From Thermodesulfobacteriota bacterium (GTDB taxonomy: Bacteria > Desulfobacterota > WTBG01 > JAGOGO01): DNA of 32,000 nucleotides. Below are positions 16,670 through 25,190 of this stretch, piece after piece. Under the pieces are notes generated by a model. It did not search any database. It saw nothing but the letters and a program-made list of their open reading frames with translations, and had not been told where the DNA came from. Location: contig CP113000.1 in the NCBI GenBank assembly GCA_026625185.1, positions 2,055,622 through 2,087,621 on the forward strand, written 5' to 3'. A program made the translations under genes and the position numbers. Each line of letters begins with the position of its first letter. Position 1 is the first letter of the stretch.

Positions 16670-17053
16670 ATGAAAGAAAAATTTACTCTTTTAATTGCCG
16701 ACCGCAATCGAAATATCCGAGATTTTTTACAACGAGAACTTATTACGGATGGCTATCGGGTTCTCTTAGCCTGTGATGGCCGGCAAGTATTGAAAATCAT
16801 AGAGAACGAAACTCCTGATCTTTTAATCATTGATCTTGACATTCCCTATGCGGATGAATTAAGAGTATTTGAACGACTCCAATCCGCGCATCAAGTGATC
16901 CCGGTACTCGTGCATACCTTGCCCTCTGCTGAAACGATCAACGGGTTTGTTCAGAGAGCGGCCGGGTTTGTAGAAAAAGACGGTAATAATATAACTAACC
17001 TTAAAGATACTATAATTCAAGTATTACGGAAGCATTATCCTCATCGGTTTTAA
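16670..17053 (+). CDS. Single-domain response regulator (receiver only), with a partly degenerate acidic pocket; the track ORF starts at GTG 16661
   Basis: LLIADRNRN replaces the usual DD pair. LLIIDLDIP provides the acceptor Asp. VLVHT and VEKD are present. AAAGGTGG precedes the ATG at 16670. Confidence 0.8.
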   Translation: MKEKFTLLIADRNRNIRDFLQRELITDGYRVLLACDGRQVLKIIENETPDLLIIDLDIPYADELRVFERLQSAHQVIPVLVHTLPSAETINGFVQRAAGFVEKDGNNITNLKDTIIQVLRKHYPHRF

Positions 17054-17243
17054 GTTGTAAACGCATATCGAAAACAAAGGCTTATTTCTCACGAGAACAA
17101 ACAAGACAAACATATATTAAAATTAAGGAGATATACTTTCTCCGAAAAATACGGGCAGAGACTTTACCCCCGGCTACTCTTATGATAAACTTTAGCGGGG
17201 GTAGTTTTTTTAATGAAAAATGGTTGTTTTCAAGGGGCATACG

Positions 17244-18668
17244 ATGATTTTAAACAAGATTAGTCTGCGTGCCCGGGTTTTTTTGAATTTAATAGTTTTG
17301 TTAGGTATAATATTAGGCGGCGGCCTGGTGATGATTTGGTATACCTATAGTATAGAGGCGCTCTTTACCAATCTCATTGATAAGGATGTAGGGGCACTTC
17401 GGGCAGCAGGAGCTTTAGAATTAAATTTAGCAAATCAAAAAGGATTAGTCTCTTTTTATTTTCTTGACAAAGATTCGAAATGGCTTAGCCAACTTAACCG
17501 ATATCGCCGGAATTTTAAAACCGGGCTTTCTAAGGCAAAACAATACATTTTTAGTGACATTGATAAGGGGTATATTGACCAAATCGAGTCTGAATATAAT
17601 AGCTACTTAAAGATTAAAGACCACGTGATTGAACTTTTCATGGCCCAGGAAAAGGAGGCGGCTTTAAAACTTAACCAGGATGCCCGGTTAGAATTCTTTA
17701 AAATAATGGAGTTGCTCAATCAATATAAAACGTTCTGTGAGGCCAGAATAAATTCGGCCCAAAATGAGAGCCGCACCCAGGCAGAGCGTCTGCGGATTAT
17801 TGCAGTGACTGCTATGTCGATAGCGGTAATTCTCAGTGTTACCTTAACCGTTTTCTTTATGACCAAGATCCTTGATCCGCTTCGAAAGCTGGCCTTAGAA
17901 ACCGACCGGTCAGGCGAGTGGGGGAAACCAGGAAATGAGGTGATGGCTCTCAGTCATCAGGTTCGGGGCATTATTAAAGACATGGAAAAATTCGCTTTAG
18001 TGGGTAATCTTGCTGCCGGGGTTGCTCACAGTATTCGAAATCCCCTTACTTCTGTGAAAATGCGCCTTTTCTCCTTGGAGCGCAACCTCGAACTTTCTCT
18101 CACCCAAAAAGAAGATTTCGCAGTTGTTTCCGAGGAGATTCGTCATATTGACACTATTGTTCAGAATTTTCTTGAATTTTCACGTCCACCGAAACTCAAA
18201 ATGCAGATGGTGAGCCCTTCTGATATCGTGGACAATGCTCTCCAGCTTCTCCGTCACCGGGTCGAAGCTTATGAGGTGACCATTACCGTGAATCGACAAA
18301 AAAAACTACCGGAGATCCTGGCTGATCCGGAACAGTTAAAAGAGGTAATGGTTAATTTAATTGTCAATGCCTGTGAGGCTATGGTGAGTGGCGGTTCCAT
18401 CATGATTTCGGAGGAAGAGATTGAAAGGAAGGATTTGAGTAGAATCCTGGTGCTTACCCTGAGTGATAATGGGCCGGGCATTCCGACATCGATCCAGGAA
18501 AAAGTATTTCAACCTTTTTTTAGTTGTAAAGAAGAAGGTACCGGGCTAGGATTAACCATTGCCGAAAGGATTGTGACCGAACATGGAGGATGGCTGGATT
18601 TGCAATCCCGCGAAGGGGAAGGGGCAAGGTTCATCATTAACCTCCCGATAGCCAAAGGGGAACAATGA
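17244..18668 (+). CDS. Sensor histidine kinase (NtrB-like core) with a two-TM periplasmic/helical sensor region; an alternative start exists at 17220
   Basis: TM helices lie near residues 15-40 and 195-215 (numbered from the 17220 ORF start). H-box AAGVAHSIRNPLTSV. N box NLIVNACEAM. G boxes DNGPGI and GTGLGL. AGGGG lies 7 nt before the ATG at 17244. The stop overlaps the next gene. Confidence 0.85.
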   Translation: MILNKISLRARVFLNLIVLLGIILGGGLVMIWYTYSIEALFTNLIDKDVGALRAAGALELNLANQKGLVSFYFLDKDSKWLSQLNRYRRNFKTGLSKAKQYIFSDIDKGYIDQIESEYNSYLKIKDHVIELFMAQEKEAALKLNQDARLEFFKIMELLNQYKTFCEARINSAQNESRTQAERLRIIAVTAMSIAVILSVTLTVFFMTKILDPLRKLALETDRSGEWGKPGNEVMALSHQVRGIIKDMEKFALVGNLAAGVAHSIRNPLTSVKMRLFSLERNLELSLTQKEDFAVVSEEIRHIDTIVQNFLEFSRPPKLKMQMVSPSDIVDNALQLLRHRVEAYEVTITVNRQKKLPEILADPEQLKEVMVNLIVNACEAMVSGGSIMISEEEIERKDLSRILVLTLSDNGPGIPTSIQEKVFQPFFSCKEEGTGLGLTIAERIVTEHGGWLDLQSREGEGARFIINLPIAKGEQ

Positions 18669-20095
18669 GCAATATATTGATCGTTGACGATGATTTTAAT
18701 TTGCGACAGAGTTTTGAAAAGATTCTGGCAGAAGAAGGTCATGTGGTCTTGTCTGCCTGTACGGGTGAAGCGGGAATTGAGGTGATTAAAAAACGTATCC
18801 CTGAATTGGTGATCATGGATATACGCCTGCCCGGGATGAATGGCCTGGAAGCGTTCCGGACAATTCGGGATATTGACTCTAAGATTCCGGTGATCGTTAT
18901 GACTGCCTTTGGGACCACGGAAACAGCGATTGAAGCTACCAAACTGGGGGCATTCGACTATATGCTCAAACCGTTTGAAATTCCCGCAATGCTTAATTTA
19001 ATTGATCAAGCGCTTGAGGCAGGGAAGTTTGTTCGTTCCAAAGTGGAGATGGATGGTTACCCAGCTCCCGGAGCTTCAGAGACTATCATCGGAAAACATC
19101 CTCTGATGCAGGATTTGTATAAAGCGATTGGCCGGGTGGCTTCAACTGATGCCACCGTTTTAATCCGCGGTGAATCAGGAACCGGAAAGGAGTTGGTTGC
19201 GCGCGCTGTTTACCAGCACAGCCTCCGGGTCAATAAACCTTTTTTGGTTATTAATTGTGTGGCCATACCGGAAACACTGCTCGAAAGTGAGCTTTTTGGG
19301 TATGAAAAAGGAGCGTTCACCGGGGCGATAAATCGCCGGGTTGGGAAGATTGAACAGGCCCATGGTGGAACTCTGTTCCTTGATGAGATCGGCGATATGC
19401 CTTTAAGCATTCAGGCTAAAATATTGCGTCTTCTCCAAGAGCGAAGCATCGAACGTCTGGGGGGTCGAGAACCTATTCCGGTTGACGTTCGGATACTTGC
19501 TGCTACCAACAGGGATTTAGAGGCGGCTCTGACCGAGGGTCGTTTCCGGGAAGATCTTTATTATCGTCTTAAAGTGGTTACCCTGTGGCTCCCCCCGCTT
19601 CGTGATCGGAAAAGCGATGTTCCGTTGCTTGCGGAATATTTTCTTTCCCGGTTTGCCAAAGGAATGAAGATTAATAACTTAGGCTTGTCGGATGAGGTAA
19701 AAAACACTCTGACTAACTACCAGTGGCCGGGAAATGTTCGGGAGTTGAGCAATACCATTCAAAAAGCATTGATTTTTAATCGGGGGGGGCCGATCCGGCA
19801 GGAAGAAATCTCCCAGGCCCTTCATGGTGAGGGGATGAAAAAGGATGTCGCTGACCAATCAGCGATGGAGACGATTCGACAATGGGTGCGGCAAAACCTG
19901 GTTTCTGGCATGAATGAGAATATGTTTGATTATTGTATGGAGCACTTTGCGAGCGTCCTAATAAGCGAAGCTCTTTCGATCACGAGTGGTAATCGTGTCC
20001 GGGCGGCTAAAGTTCTCGGCCTTTCTCGTCCGACCCTCCAGTCTAAAATTGAAAAATATAAAATCAAAATCGAGACTTCAATAAAAAATAATTAA
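18665..20095 (+). CDS. Sigma-54-dependent transcriptional activator (NtrC family: receiver + AAA+ + Fis-type HTH)
   Basis: Receiver motifs [17 protein letters not shown] and KPF. AAA+ Walker A GESGTGKE. The GAFTGA sigma-54 contact loop (EKGAFTGA). C-terminal [24 protein letters not shown]. Confidence 0.92.
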   Translation: MSNILIVDDDFNLRQSFEKILAEEGHVVLSACTGEAGIEVIKKRIPELVIMDIRLPGMNGLEAFRTIRDIDSKIPVIVMTAFGTTETAIEATKLGAFDYMLKPFEIPAMLNLIDQALEAGKFVRSKVEMDGYPAPGASETIIGKHPLMQDLYKAIGRVASTDATVLIRGESGTGKELVARAVYQHSLRVNKPFLVINCVAIPETLLESELFGYEKGAFTGAINRRVGKIEQAHGGTLFLDEIGDMPLSIQAKILRLLQERSIERLGGREPIPVDVRILAATNRDLEAALTEGRFREDLYYRLKVVTLWLPPLRDRKSDVPLLAEYFLSRFAKGMKINNLGLSDEVKNTLTNYQWPGNVRELSNTIQKALIFNRGGPIRQEEISQALHGEGMKKDVADQSAMETIRQWVRQNLVSGMNENMFDYCMEHFASVLISEALSITSGNRVRAAKVLGLSRPTLQSKIEKYKIKIETSIKNN

Positions 20096-20296
20096 ACCTG
20101 TTTTGCAGTAAAGGATTAACCGAAAAAGGAATGAAGATAGAGGAGGTAAGATAAAAAAGAGGGAGGCTTCGTGTAAACGAGTGGGTTGATTTCATAAAAC
20201 AAACCCTTTGATCAAGCATGTCCTATGATCTGATCACTGGTTTAGAAGGACAGAGGATAGAACCTATCCTTCTCCCAGACAGTGTCATTCCCCGAT

Positions 20297-20589
20297 TTAA
20301 TCGGGGAATCCAGTTATTAACTCCTCATGCAAATCCTTCCAATTCGGATTTACCTTTTCAATAAAATCGATTTTCATGCGCGGTTATATTTTTTCAGTCT
20401 TTTCTCTCTTCTGATAGCATAAAATTGCTCATAATATATCAGCTTATCAACCCCATATCTTTCTGTAAATTATTCGACTAATTTATTCTTATGCTCCCAT
20501 GCTTGCTTTATTAAGTTTGAAGTTACTCCTATATATAAAGTGCCATTCCGCTTGCTCTAAAATAGGTAGACATAAAAACCTTTTTCCAT
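20297..20589 (-). pseudogene. GIY-YIG nuclease family (UPF0213-like) pseudogene
   Basis: The minus strand reads MEKGFYVYLF*SKRNGTLYIGVTSNLIKQAWEHKNKLVE*FTERYGVDKLIYYEQFYAIRREKRLKKYNRA. After a 1-nt frameshift it continues (W)KIDFIEKVNPNWKDLHEEL...*. There are two in-frame stops plus one frameshift. Confidence 0.75.
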
Positions 20590-20775
20590 ATAGCTCTGGA
20601 TTACCCGGTCAAGCCCGACAATGACTAATATCCTTATGCAGAATTACCCACTTGTTTACACGAAGATCCAAAATATAAAGAAGACTACTTCCTGAACCCA
20701 CCTGATTATCTCTTCGAAAAATCACAAATATCTTGACCCAATTTGTCTTATTTGGTAAATCAAAACCACACCAAA

Positions 20776-21030
20776 TTGACGGCTTCGTAAAAAGTTCATC
20801 TGCGGCGTTCCGCTGCATCCCCTGCCCCGTTAAATGTTTGCTTCGAGAGGCAGAGAAGCTAACCTAAGGATTTCGGGTTCTGACTTACCGATCCCCAAAA
20901 TTCATTATTTAACGGGGTGAATAATTGCGGCGTACAGGTAAGTAAGCCTCATTCCGTCGGATTTGCGCGCCTTGCATCTGAAGCTTTTTACTGTGCGTCT
21001 GATTTTTGACTTTTTACGGATTCATCAAAT
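20776..21030 (+). repeat. Dispersed structured intergenic repeat (long copy) upstream of ftsY
   Basis: It starts ttgacggcttcgtaa and ends gcgtctgatttttgactttttacggattcatcaaa. An internal 11-bp inverted repeat pairs ccccgttaaat (around 20830) with atttaacgggg (around 20910), and there is a gcttc...gaagc hairpin. The end and middle blocks recur at 22160-22262. Confidence 0.7.
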
Positions 21031-21134
21031 TTCATAAAAATATAAAAAGTAACGCCATGCTTTTGGCATGCTTGCACTAGTTTATTGAAAGAATGCTTCC
21101 ATGAGGCAATCGGCTTCATGACGCGGGAGGGTTA

Positions 21135-22157
21135 ATGGATAATAAATCGAAGTCAAAAGGTTTTTTGGGACGGTTTTCTTTTGGGAAAAAGGAGAACAAT
21201 GCGGGAGAAAATAATAAAGAACATGACCAGGCCGGGAAGGAGAAGGCGGGTTTTTTTGAAAGGCTCAAATCAAGCCTCAGAAAAACTCATGAGATTCTGG
21301 TAACTCCGGTTGATGAGCTGATTCTGGGCCGGAAAAAAATTGATGAAGATACTTTTGAAAGTCTTGAGGAAATTCTGCTTACCTCTGATGTGGGGCCGCA
21401 GACGGCATTCAGTTTAATACAGAAAGTTCAGAAAAAGGTGGGCTATGGGGAATATGATAAAAAGAATCTCCTGCGGGAGTATTTAAAAGAAGAAATTCTT
21501 ACCATCCTGGCAGAGCGGCAGGATCCTCTCGATATTTCTCAGTCGAAACCCTTTGTCATCATGGCGATCGGGGTAAATGGATCTGGAAAGACCACCACCA
21601 TTGCCAAGCTTGCTCATCAGATGCACTCTCAGGGAAAAAAAGTCCTTTTAGCGGCAGCAGACACCTTTCGGGCGGCAGGGATCGAACAGCTGGAGATATG
21701 GGGAGAAAGGGTGGGATGCGAAATGATAAAGCAGAAAAAAGGTTCCGACCCTTCAGCAGTTGCCTATGATGCGATCCATGCGGCCTTAGCCCGGAGTGTT
21801 GATGTGCTGATTGTGGATACTGCGGGAAGGTTGCATACAAAAGTAAACCTGATGGAAGAACTCAAAAAGATAAAAAGGATTATGGGAAGGGAGTATCCGG
21901 GCTCTCCTCATGAGGTATTACTGGTGTTGGATTCTACTACCGGACAAAATGCGATTGCGCAAGCCACGATGTTTAAAGAAAACCTCGGCTACACGGGGAT
22001 TGTGCTTACCAAACTCGATGGTTCGGCCAAGGGGGGGGTGATTGTAGGGATAAGTAATGAGCTTAAAATCCCCATCCGTTTTATCGGCATTGGGGAGAAG
22101 ATGGAAGATCTTCGGGAGTTTAATGCTCAGGAATTTGTGGAAGCGTTGTTTGAATAA
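21135..22157 (+). CDS. ftsY: Signal recognition particle receptor FtsY
   Basis: An acidic/basic N-terminal region followed by an NG domain. G1 GVNGSGKTTTIAKLA, DTFRAAG, DTAGRLH, TKLDG. Confidence 0.92.
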   Translation: MDNKSKSKGFLGRFSFGKKENNAGENNKEHDQAGKEKAGFFERLKSSLRKTHEILVTPVDELILGRKKIDEDTFESLEEILLTSDVGPQTAFSLIQKVQKKVGYGEYDKKNLLREYLKEEILTILAERQDPLDISQSKPFVIMAIGVNGSGKTTTIAKLAHQMHSQGKKVLLAAADTFRAAGIEQLEIWGERVGCEMIKQKKGSDPSAVAYDAIHAALARSVDVLIVDTAGRLHTKVNLMEELKKIKRIMGREYPGSPHEVLLVLDSTTGQNAIAQATMFKENLGYTGIVLTKLDGSAKGGVIVGISNELKIPIRFIGIGEKMEDLREFNAQEFVEALFE

Positions 22158-22159
22158 AC

Positions 22160-22262
22160 TTGACGGCTTCGTCAACCCCCTTAGAAAATTTTCTAATGGA
22201 ATTAAATGCCCCGGGTGAAATCTTTCTAACGGGGCGTCTGATTTTCGATTTTTCGCTGAAGA
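22160..22262 (+). repeat. Short copy of the same intergenic repeat, immediately downstream of ftsY
   Basis: ttgacggcttcgtcaa (22160-22175), taacgggg (around 22228) and gcgtctgattttcgatttttcgc (22234-22256) match the ends and middle of 20776-21030. It also contains the perfect palindrome ttagaaaattttctaa. Confidence 0.65.
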
Positions 22263-22425
22263 AGAGAAGTTAAATTAACTTTTTTTTCCTCTTGGATAAT
22301 GGTATCTTTAAAAAATAAGGGTTTGGTAGGAGAGGTCAGGTGCAAGAGTCAGGGGCTAGGGGGATTATGGTAAGACGGTAAACTGATCTCAGGTAACTCA
22401 CCTTTTTCGCAAAGGAGAGGAAAAC

Positions 22426-23856
22426 ATGAAGCCTAACGAAATACCTGAAAAAAACATCCGTCAGCCGGTGGTGGCCGGGTCATTTTACACTGCTGGTCCA
22501 AAAGCTTTAGCTCAAGAAATTAAGGGTTATTTTAATAATGTGCCGGCCGGTCAAATTATCTCGGAAAAACCGCTCGGCCTTATTTCTCCCCATGCAGGGT
22601 ACCTGTATTCAGGACAGGTTGCGGCTTTTGCTTATAAGCAAATAGAGGGAAGGCACTATGAAACGATCATGATACTCGCGCCGAGCCACCAAGTCTATTT
22701 TCCAGGAGCATCGGTTGATACAAAAGATGGATATCGCACTCCTTTAGGAGTTGTGCCGGTGGCAAAAGAGATCGTTAACCACATTTTTGGCAAAAGTCCC
22801 TTGATCACTCATTATCCTCAGGCTCACATCCAAGAGCATTCTTTAGAGGTTCAACTTCCTTTTCTACAAACGGTTCTCAAGGATTTTAAGCTCGTTCCGA
22901 TAGTTATGGGAGACCAAGCTATTGAGACATGTGAGGCGGTTGCCCGAGCCTTAGCTGATGTTGTTAAAAACTATGATGTTTTGGTTGTTGCCAGCTCCGA
23001 CCTTTCTCATTATCACCACCTAAATATAGCGCAAGATTTAGATCAGAAAGTAATAGACCGGATCAACGCTTTTGACTTCCAGGGGTTAGCGTCAGATTTG
23101 AAGCTTCATAAGACTGAGGCTTGCGGCGGTGGCCCAATCATCACCGCGTTACTTATTGCCCGACACCTCGGAGCAAACAAGGCCAAGGTAGTGAAGTATG
23201 CCAACTCCGGAGATGTCAGTGGAGACTATAGCGGTGTTGTGGGGTACGCTGCCGGGGTTATATACAAAGAAGACAAAAAGGGTGCCAAAAAACCGGGGGT
23301 GGGAAAAGTGGGTGTTGACCTGGGGTTGAATGAAAAAGAAAAAGAGCTTCTCCACCGGATCGTAAAGGAAACGATCAAAAACCATTTGGATGGCAAACCT
23401 ATCCCTGCTTTTCAAGTTGATTCCTCAACCTTACAAGAGCCGCGCGGCGCTTTTGTCTCGCTTCACAAGGAAGGTATGCTTCGGGGATGTATCGGGCATA
23501 TCCGTGCTGACCATCCTCTCCATGAAACTATAAAAGACATGGCGGTTGCGGCAGCTTTTGAAGATCCCCGTTTTCCTCCCCTCAGTCGGAAAGAGTTTGA
23601 CAAAATAGATATTGAAATTTCTGTGCTGACCCCTTTTAAAAGAATTACGGACATTAATGAAATTGAGGTGGGCCAACATGGGCTTTATATGGTAAAGGGT
23701 TTCTATTCCGGTCTTCTTCTCCCACAGGTGGCCACAGAATATGGGTGGGACAGGGTTACGTTTTTGGAACATACCTGCAATAAAGCGGGTCTATCCAAAG
23801 ATGCGTGGAAGGACAAGGACACGGAAATTTATCTTTTTTCAGCCGATGTATTTTAG
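22426..23856 (+). CDS. Fusion protein: Memo-like domain (AmmeMemoRadiSam protein B type) plus AMMECR1 domain (protein A type)
   Basis: N-terminal half: VAGSFYTAGPKAL, ISPHAGYLYSG, EHSLEVQLPFL, SSDLSHYH, ACGGGPI. A Lys/Gly-rich linker follows. C-terminal half: PRGAFVSLHKEGMLRGCIGH, FEDPRFPPL, LLLPQV. RBS GGAGAGGA is present. Confidence 0.85.
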   Translation: MKPNEIPEKNIRQPVVAGSFYTAGPKALAQEIKGYFNNVPAGQIISEKPLGLISPHAGYLYSGQVAAFAYKQIEGRHYETIMILAPSHQVYFPGASVDTKDGYRTPLGVVPVAKEIVNHIFGKSPLITHYPQAHIQEHSLEVQLPFLQTVLKDFKLVPIVMGDQAIETCEAVARALADVVKNYDVLVVASSDLSHYHHLNIAQDLDQKVIDRINAFDFQGLASDLKLHKTEACGGGPIITALLIARHLGANKAKVVKYANSGDVSGDYSGVVGYAAGVIYKEDKKGAKKPGVGKVGVDLGLNEKEKELLHRIVKETIKNHLDGKPIPAFQVDSSTLQEPRGAFVSLHKEGMLRGCIGHIRADHPLHETIKDMAVAAAFEDPRFPPLSRKEFDKIDIEISVLTPFKRITDINEIEVGQHGLYMVKGFYSGLLLPQVATEYGWDRVTFLEHTCNKAGLSKDAWKDKDTEIYLFSADVF

Positions 23857-23895
23857 GCTGGATATCACCCTCACGGCTTTAGGGGTGTAAGATTT

Positions 23896-25125
23896 ATGGA
23901 ATATCCAAAGCTCAGAAATATTGAAGCGTTTCCCGTGAAAATGCAAGGGCAGGACCTCATCTGCTTTCGCGATCCTCAGAGGATTACCGAAAGCATTGTC
24001 TTCCTTCCCCGGAGCGCTTATTTTATAGTCAGCCTTTTTGACGGCGGACATTCTATCCTGGATATCCAAGCAAAGTATATGCGGATTTTTGGGGAACTCA
24101 TTTACCGTGACCAGATCATTGAGGTAATGGAAAAGCTGGATCAGTCTTTACTGTTGGATAGTGATCGCTTTCGTGAATACCGAAATAAATTAGAAGAGGA
24201 ATCTTTTCAAACATCTATCCGTAAACCCATGCTTGCCGGAGGCGGGTATGAAAGTGTTCCTGAAAAATTATGCATGCAGATTGAGAGCTTTTATTTTTTG
24301 GAAGGAGGACCAGGACAAGGTCCGCACCCTCAGGTTTCAGTAAATGGCCTCCTGGGATTCATTGCGCCTCATATCGATTATATGCGGGGAGGTCACTGCT
24401 ATGCCTGGGCTTATAAGGAGGTAGCGGAACATTCCGACCATGATGTTTTTATACTTTTAGGCACCTCCCATCTGCCGACCCAAAAGTATTTTGTGCTTAC
24501 CAAAAAAGACTTTGAAACCCCGTTTGGCATTCTCAAAACCGACCGGGATATTTTAAGCCGGCTGGAAAATGACGTGGGGAGAAATTTTTTTATTGATGAA
24601 TTTGTTCATCGCAGCGAACACTCCCTCGAATTGCAAACAGTTTATCTTCACAATCTGTTTGGAAAGAACCCCAATCTGCGTATTGTCCCCATTCTCTGCG
24701 GATCTTTTTATGAAATTATTTCCCGTGGTGGTCATCCCCGCGAAAGCGAGGAGCTCAATGGTTTTATTGAGGCTTTGGGCAAGACAATTTGCGACGATGG
24801 CCGGAAGATATGCCTTGTGGCCAGTGCCGACCTGGCGCATGTAGGGCGACAGTTTGGACATCAGTTTGTGGTATCTGAGTCTGTTATGGCGGATATTAAG
24901 AGGAAAGACATGGAGATGTTGAATTGGGTTCTAAAGGGTGATGCTGATGGATTTTTCAATTACATCTTAAAAGAACGTGATCAGCGGAATATCTGTGGGC
25001 TTCCACCGATTTATGCTCTTCTGCGTCTCCTCGAAAACAGTGAAGGAAAACTCCTCAATTATAGCCAATGGAAGGACCCTGCCGGCAATGGCGCGGTTAC
25101 TTTTGCCAGTATTGTTTTTCATTAG
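23896..25125 (+). CDS. Second Memo-like protein with an N-terminal extension of about 130 aa that resembles a peptide-binding winged-helix (PqqD/RRE-like) module
   Basis: Memo core: IAPHIDYMRGGHCYAW, EHSLELQTVYL, ASADLAHVG, NICGLPPI. The N-terminus is YPKLRNIEAFPVKMQGQDLICFRDPQRI...AYFIVSLFDGGHSILDIQAKYMRIFG.... Confidence 0.8.
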   Translation: MEYPKLRNIEAFPVKMQGQDLICFRDPQRITESIVFLPRSAYFIVSLFDGGHSILDIQAKYMRIFGELIYRDQIIEVMEKLDQSLLLDSDRFREYRNKLEEESFQTSIRKPMLAGGGYESVPEKLCMQIESFYFLEGGPGQGPHPQVSVNGLLGFIAPHIDYMRGGHCYAWAYKEVAEHSDHDVFILLGTSHLPTQKYFVLTKKDFETPFGILKTDRDILSRLENDVGRNFFIDEFVHRSEHSLELQTVYLHNLFGKNPNLRIVPILCGSFYEIISRGGHPRESEELNGFIEALGKTICDDGRKICLVASADLAHVGRQFGHQFVVSESVMADIKRKDMEMLNWVLKGDADGFFNYILKERDQRNICGLPPIYALLRLLENSEGKLLNYSQWKDPAGNGAVTFASIVFH

Positions 25126-25190
25126 AGAAGGTTTAACCGGCGCAAGCAAGAAAATGTAAGGGTGTATTTGTCTGCCATGGGAGAAGTTTT

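Noticed and set aside
20609-20818. 69-aa minus-strand ORF (MQRNAADELFTKPSI...)
   Set aside because: It spans the junction of the GIY-YIG element flank and the dispersed repeat. It is a repeat-encoded pseudo-peptide with no RBS.
21064-21076. TGGCATGCTTGCA upstream of ftsY, which looks like a sigma-54 promoter
   Set aside because: The GG and GC elements are only 9 nt apart, the wrong geometry for the -24/-12 class.
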